IMG/VR virus record: IMGVR_UViG_3300028586_000445
Location: 1-29,392 of that record
Direction: 5' to 3' (one strand)
Source: a virus
Lineage: Duplodnaviria; Caudoviricetes
DNA: 29,392 bases
Shown here piece after piece: positions 25,037-29,392 of the stretch; the stretch's first letter is position 1, and every line of letters begins with the position of its first letter. Under the pieces are notes generated by a model, which was not told the origin of the DNA, did no database searches, and saw only the letters and a list, made by a program, of their open reading frames with translations. The translations under genes and the position numbers were made by a program.

Positions 25037-25516
25037 CTATGCGCTGCCCTTCTCAGCGGCATCTTTCGCCTTCATGATCGCGACCAGCACCTCGGTCGGC
25101 AGGTTGGCCACATCAAGCGTCGATGCGGTCTGAACCGGGGGCAGGTCGGCAGCGCCGCCGATCGCTACCTTGTCGCCATAGTCGCGCGGCGCGATCTTCG
25201 ATGCCCGCCACCGGTAGTGCTGTGCAAGTTCACGCGCCTTGGACAGCTCGAATTGATCGCCGGCCGTCTCAATTGTCAGCGTTGCCCTCTCGTCCCACAT
25301 CTGCGCGGTTTGTACCCTCGCCTCGCGCGCACGCGCGGAACGTTCAGGATCGGCGCCAATCCATGCTACGAGCGAGCCTTGCGACACCCCTATCTCCTCG
25401 GCGATCGCATGCATGGCTTTCGGATGCAAGATGGCCGCACACACAGCATCAATTCCGAAGGCGTCGAGTTTTTCGGCGGCGGTAGGTCCGGCCTTCTGTT
25501 CGGTTTTTCGTCCCAT
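25037..25516 (-). CDS. terS: Terminase small subunit, Sf6 gp1-like
   Basis: HTH (IAEEIGVSQGSLVAWI), ARARE, RWRASKIAPRDYGDK; ATG 2 nt after the gp16-like stop. Confidence 0.85.
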   Translation of the reverse strand: MGRKTEQKAGPTAAEKLDAFGIDAVCAAILHPKAMHAIAEEIGVSQGSLVAWIGADPERSARAREARVQTAQMWDERATLTIETAGDQFELSKARELAQHYRWRASKIAPRDYGDKVAIGGAADLPPVQTASTLDVANLPTEVLVAIMKAKDAAEKGSA

Positions 25517-25518
25517 GG

Positions 25519-27993
25519 CTATTTCTCCGCTCCTGGATGATCCTGGTCTTCGTCTGCTCGCTCCGCCTGCAGCGCCTGCGTCACCCATCGCTGCGAAGCC
25601 GTCCCGTTGCCAGGCATTTTCATGACATGCGCGAAGCGTCGCCATCCGGGTGACTGGACGAAGCGTCGGATCGCATCCTGCTGCTCGGGGCGGACGCCAT
25701 GCGCGGTCCTGCGGGCCAGCTCAGTGAACTCGGGCGACGTCAGAAGCTTGTCGACTGCCTTGATGGCCTCGGGCTTGGCGCCCTTGGCGAGTGCGGAGGC
25801 AAAGGCAGCGCCTACTCCCGGACCTGCGACGGCACCAACGGCAGAACCAACGGTTGCGCCGAGTGCGGACTGTTTGGCGATGCCATAGACCCGTCCGGCG
25901 AAGTGGTCGATCGGCTTCAGCTCGTCCTTGATCGCATTCAGGCGCCCTGTGGTGATGCGCTCGCGCGTGGCGGCGCTGATACCCTTGGAGACGCGGTACA
26001 GGTCGCTGAGCTGCTTGCGCGCCTCGGACGGTAGATGGTGCATGACGGCCGCGTGCGACTGCCTGTTCTTGAGCAGGCCCTCGTACCAGTTCGCGAACTT
26101 GGCGAAGCTGACGTTGCCGTTGGCGGCGGTCTTGCCGAAGGCGGTGTTTAGGCCGGAGGCGACGACCTCCTGGCGCATGCTCTCCGGTACCGCCTTCAGC
26201 AACTTGATAAGCTGGGTTGGATCTCCTGCCGGAAGCGCCTTCATGGCGGTCGACATCTTGCCAACGAACGACTCGTCCAGCTTCTCCCCGAACAGTGCGG
26301 CCAGGTCCTTTTGGATGCCCTTGTAGGTGGCGACTGTTTTCTGAGCGAGATCCCATTTTCCGGCCATGCCGTGCTGCTCGAGCACCGCGCGCTGGTCCTT
26401 CTTCAGCGCGTCCTCGAGCATTGAGATGAGGCGAGTGTCCGAGTCCTTAAAGGGGCCGGCGCGCTGGACACGTGCCGCGGTGAGATCCCGCCTGACGTCG
26501 TCCATCAGCGTGTAGGTCGGATGTTTCAGAATTGCCTTCGGCGCCTCTCCTGCACGCAGAGGCTCGCCCGAGGCAGACAGGATCTGCGGACCCTCCGCTT
26601 TTGGCATTAGCCGGCGGGGCGAGAGCTTCGCCAGGACCATCTTCTCCATGGGGGACAGGTTCTTCATGCCGTCGAGCTCATCGGCGCGCGCCCGGATCAT
26701 CGCCAGCACGTTCTCGGCAGGTGCCTCGGACTTAGCCGGCACAGCGGCTCGAATTTCGTCATACATCCTGTTCGCATGACCTGTGAGCTGGTCGTGCACG
26801 CCGTTCAATTCGTGTTTGACGCTGTCGGCCAGGGTGCTGAAGTCGTGAGTCCCGCCCAACTCCTCGACCAGGTCATTGGCACGCTGCGCGACCCGCTGCA
26901 GGCCCTCCAGTTCGACGGCCCGTCCTTCCGAACCAGGGATCGACTTCGCAGCCTGCGACAGCTCGCGGAAAGCCTGGCTCGTGGTGACGTGATCCGCCTG
27001 CAGGTCTCCATCGACGCCAAGACGTTCCGCCGCTCCGACCACCTTGGAATCGGGCGATGCCTGCTCAGCCAACACCTGTTTTGCCCGGCCACTGCCGAAG
27101 CCGCCCTCGGCTGCCTTACGGGCGGTCTGGGTAAGGTCTTCTGCTGCCATGGGCGCTGCGCCAGGTGCGTCGGCTCCAGGAATGCCAGACGCTGCGCGCG
27201 GCGCCGGACCTTGCGAACCCATTGACGCTGTGCCGGCATCAGTCGCCTCGGTCGCTGCGGCTGCCAGTGGGTCCGCAGCTGCTGTGGGTTTCGGCACGCC
27301 CCGTACGCGCTGCAGGATTTGCTTGGCCGGCGCTGCTGCGGCGCGCACTGCATTGACCACAGCTGGCACGGCGGCGCCGGCGACGCCCGCTGCTGCCACC
27401 TCCCCCGGATTGAACTCCCCGCCGGTGGCTGCCTGGGTCGCCTCGATAGCTGCCTGTGTGCCAGCAGCCCCGAGAGCGGCGCCGCCGAGGGTCGTGGCGC
27501 GGCCGGCTGGAGTGAATGCGGCGATAGCACCGAGAGCGCGCGGCAGGTCGCTGACTTGGAAGCCGGGCTTGATCGCGTACTCCTTGCCGTCGATCGACGA
27601 CTGCAGCAGGTAGTTGCCCTTGTCGTCCTGGCGAGCCTGCACGCCTGGGAAATTCGACTGGATGATCTTGACCGTCTCTGCAGGGTTAGCCAGCAGCGTG
27701 CCCAGACCCGTCTTGGCGCTGGCCATGCTGAAAGAGTTCAGCTCAGGCATGCCGGCCCAGTCTGGCGCCGCGTCGGTTTCGGCAGTATGCCGCTTGTCAC
27801 CAGTGAAGGCTTCCTTGATGTGCCCAGGGAGCGATGCCAGAGTGTCGAACAGGTTATGCCCCTGCTCGGTCTCCGCGGCGGCGTTGGCCGGCAGTGACTT
27901 AATGTAGCCGGCAAGGCGTTGTGCGGCCTTCGTGTCGCCGGCAGCGTCAGCATTGCGCAGCGCCTGGTAGAGCTGTTCGCGGTCAGGCATCAC
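25519..27993 (-). CDS. Large phage DNA transfer/ejection protein, P22 gp16-like
   Basis: 824 aa, Ala-rich helical with hydrophobic Gly/Ala segments; third gene of the gp7-gp20-gp16 triad. Confidence 0.78.
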   Translation of the reverse strand: MMPDREQLYQALRNADAAGDTKAAQRLAGYIKSLPANAAAETEQGHNLFDTLASLPGHIKEAFTGDKRHTAETDAAPDWAGMPELNSFSMASAKTGLGTLLANPAETVKIIQSNFPGVQARQDDKGNYLLQSSIDGKEYAIKPGFQVSDLPRALGAIAAFTPAGRATTLGGAALGAAGTQAAIEATQAATGGEFNPGEVAAAGVAGAAVPAVVNAVRAAAAPAKQILQRVRGVPKPTAAADPLAAAATEATDAGTASMGSQGPAPRAASGIPGADAPGAAPMAAEDLTQTARKAAEGGFGSGRAKQVLAEQASPDSKVVGAAERLGVDGDLQADHVTTSQAFRELSQAAKSIPGSEGRAVELEGLQRVAQRANDLVEELGGTHDFSTLADSVKHELNGVHDQLTGHANRMYDEIRAAVPAKSEAPAENVLAMIRARADELDGMKNLSPMEKMVLAKLSPRRLMPKAEGPQILSASGEPLRAGEAPKAILKHPTYTLMDDVRRDLTAARVQRAGPFKDSDTRLISMLEDALKKDQRAVLEQHGMAGKWDLAQKTVATYKGIQKDLAALFGEKLDESFVGKMSTAMKALPAGDPTQLIKLLKAVPESMRQEVVASGLNTAFGKTAANGNVSFAKFANWYEGLLKNRQSHAAVMHHLPSEARKQLSDLYRVSKGISAATRERITTGRLNAIKDELKPIDHFAGRVYGIAKQSALGATVGSAVGAVAGPGVGAAFASALAKGAKPEAIKAVDKLLTSPEFTELARRTAHGVRPEQQDAIRRFVQSPGWRRFAHVMKMPGNGTASQRWVTQALQAERADEDQDHPGAEK

Positions 27994-29265
27994 TAGTTCC
28001 CATACTTGTTGAGGAGGTAATCGATATCGGCGGGATGTGCTGACGCGGACTTTGCCGGCTTCGTCGCCGCCGTGCTTGTACGTTCGCCCGCTCCCTTGCC
28101 CGTGAGGAGCGCGCGCGCGGCCGGCGACAGCATCGTGTCGTCGAAGTCTTTCAGGCCGGTACTGCGTTCGTAGCTGCGCTTTTTCTCCTTCAGGCGGCCG
28201 CCGAACAGCTCCTGCGCAGTGCCGACGGCGCCCAGTACCTGTTCGGGCGAGTAGGTGCCGTCCCCGGCCAGCGCTGCAGCAGTGTGGTTCCGGTCTTCGC
28301 CGGTGCCACCGACCCCGGACACGGCCTTAACCACCTCGGGCGCGACCATCTGCACGGCCACCTTCAGGTTCGATGGCGCAGCCCCGCCGGTGGCTTCCGA
28401 GATCCTGTTCGCGATCTTGTTAAACAGCCGGGTATCTCCGTTCTTCTGGGCGAGGGCCAGCTCCTTCAGCGTCGCGAGGTGGTTCATGGCAGTATTGGCC
28501 GACTCGATCGCCGAGCCATCCTTGCCGCCGGCTGCGAACGAGCGCAGCGCGGCGGCCCGCGGCGCGTACTGAGCTGCGTCGTACTGCGGGTTGAGCTGCA
28601 TGACCATGTCCATGGTCGCCTGGCCCCATGGCTTGTTCATGTTGAACTGGCCGAGCGGCGGCGCGCGGTAGAACGCGATCTGCTTGGCCAGCGTCTCGTT
28701 CGGCTTCGCCGGTGCATCGGCAGCCTTCTGCTCCTCGACCCACTCGGAGTGGCGGATGTCCTGGCCTCGGCGCAGCGTATTGGCCGACAGCGTCGCATCG
28801 GCGCTCGGCGTGGTAAACGCCTTCTGGTCTTTCGGGGTCATGCCAGCGTCGCGGAGCTGGCCCAGATACGTGGGAAGTTCTTTCGGATCGGCCGGCATGC
28901 CGTCGATATACTCCTGCGCGCCGCCCTTCGGGATGAAGCCGCGCGCCTCCATCGTCTTGAACATGGTGATTGCCTGCACTGTCTTCACACCGGGCTTTGC
29001 GATCGAGCCTGCTGCCTGCGCGAAGACGCCGTAATTCTTCACGGCCTGCTCGATCTTTTCGCCTGATACCTTCGAGTCGGACTCGGTCTGATCGCGCACG
29101 TTCTTGTCGAGCGCAACGGTGTTGTCGATAACCGCTTTACCCTGTGGGTGCACGACCAGCATTGAATTGATAAGGACCCTGGCGAAATCAGGATTTTCCT
29201 TGACTGCCTGTGCCTTGGCACGCAGTGCCTTAGACTCAGGGGTAGTACCACCGGCCGAGTTTTCG
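27993..29265 (-). CDS. 3' part of origin-spanning DNA ejection protein (gp20-like)
   Basis: 374+1273 nt = 549 codons; Ala/Gln-rich helical protein lying between the gp7-like and gp16-like genes. Confidence 0.78.
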
Positions 29266-29392
29266 ATCGCGTCGGCGCGCGCATTTAGGCCGTCGACAAC
29301 AATCTGAGGTTGCTTGTTCTGGATGGCCGCACCCCACTGTGACAGATCTGAAAGCTGCTGTTTCTGCGCCTCGGCGCTCTTCGTGTCCCAGG
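29266..29392. repeat. Terminal direct repeat copy 2 (= 1-127)
   Basis: Exact duplicate of the window start. Confidence 0.97.

Larger units (their letters stand above)
1..29265. mobile_element. Circular mobilisable pBBR1-like plasmid carrying a phage-satellite-like module
   Basis: Circularity; Rep, MOBV, Par and resolvase together with primase, helicase, TerS and ejection genes; no capsid, TerL or integrase seen. Confidence 0.8.

Noticed and set aside
1-29265. Complete phage-plasmid
   Set aside because: No recognisable capsid, portal, TerL, tail or lysis genes, and no unassigned ORF cluster that fits them
29266-29392. Biological terminal repeat of a linear phage
   Set aside because: The 127-nt length matches a common assembler k-mer and the repeat falls mid-gene, so it is a circular overlap

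Overview
The window is a complete circular replicon of 29,265 bp: nt 1-127 are repeated exactly at 29266-29392 (assembly overlap) and one gene reads through the junction. It is GC-rich and Betaproteobacteria-like, a weak inference. It has a pBBR1-type plasmid backbone (Rep and ori, MOBV relaxase and oriT, ParA with a small partner and 10-bp-phased centromere-like arrays, serine resolvase with res site). It also has a PICI/P4-like regulatory and replication arm (divergent Arc-family pair with three operators, AlpA/Xis-like, HTH, YdaU, SF2 helicase, Zn-ribbon/TOPRIM primase). One intact late operon encodes a 2OG-Fe(II) hydroxylase, a GNAT, three P22 gp7/gp20/gp16-like DNA ejection proteins and an Sf6/P22-type small terminase. 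I see no capsid, portal, large terminase, tail, lysis or integrase gene. The best reading is a mobilisable plasmid-form phage satellite that supplies its own packaging-specificity factor and ejection proteins to a P22-like helper. Cargo includes an HtrC/YjaZ-like gene convergent with a structured sRNA, an unannotated candidate type I toxin-antitoxin locus, a TIGR02391 protein, an SOS-regulated gene and several small ORFs missed by the ORF track. All family assignments come from motif recognition and remembered reference sequences, not from database searches.
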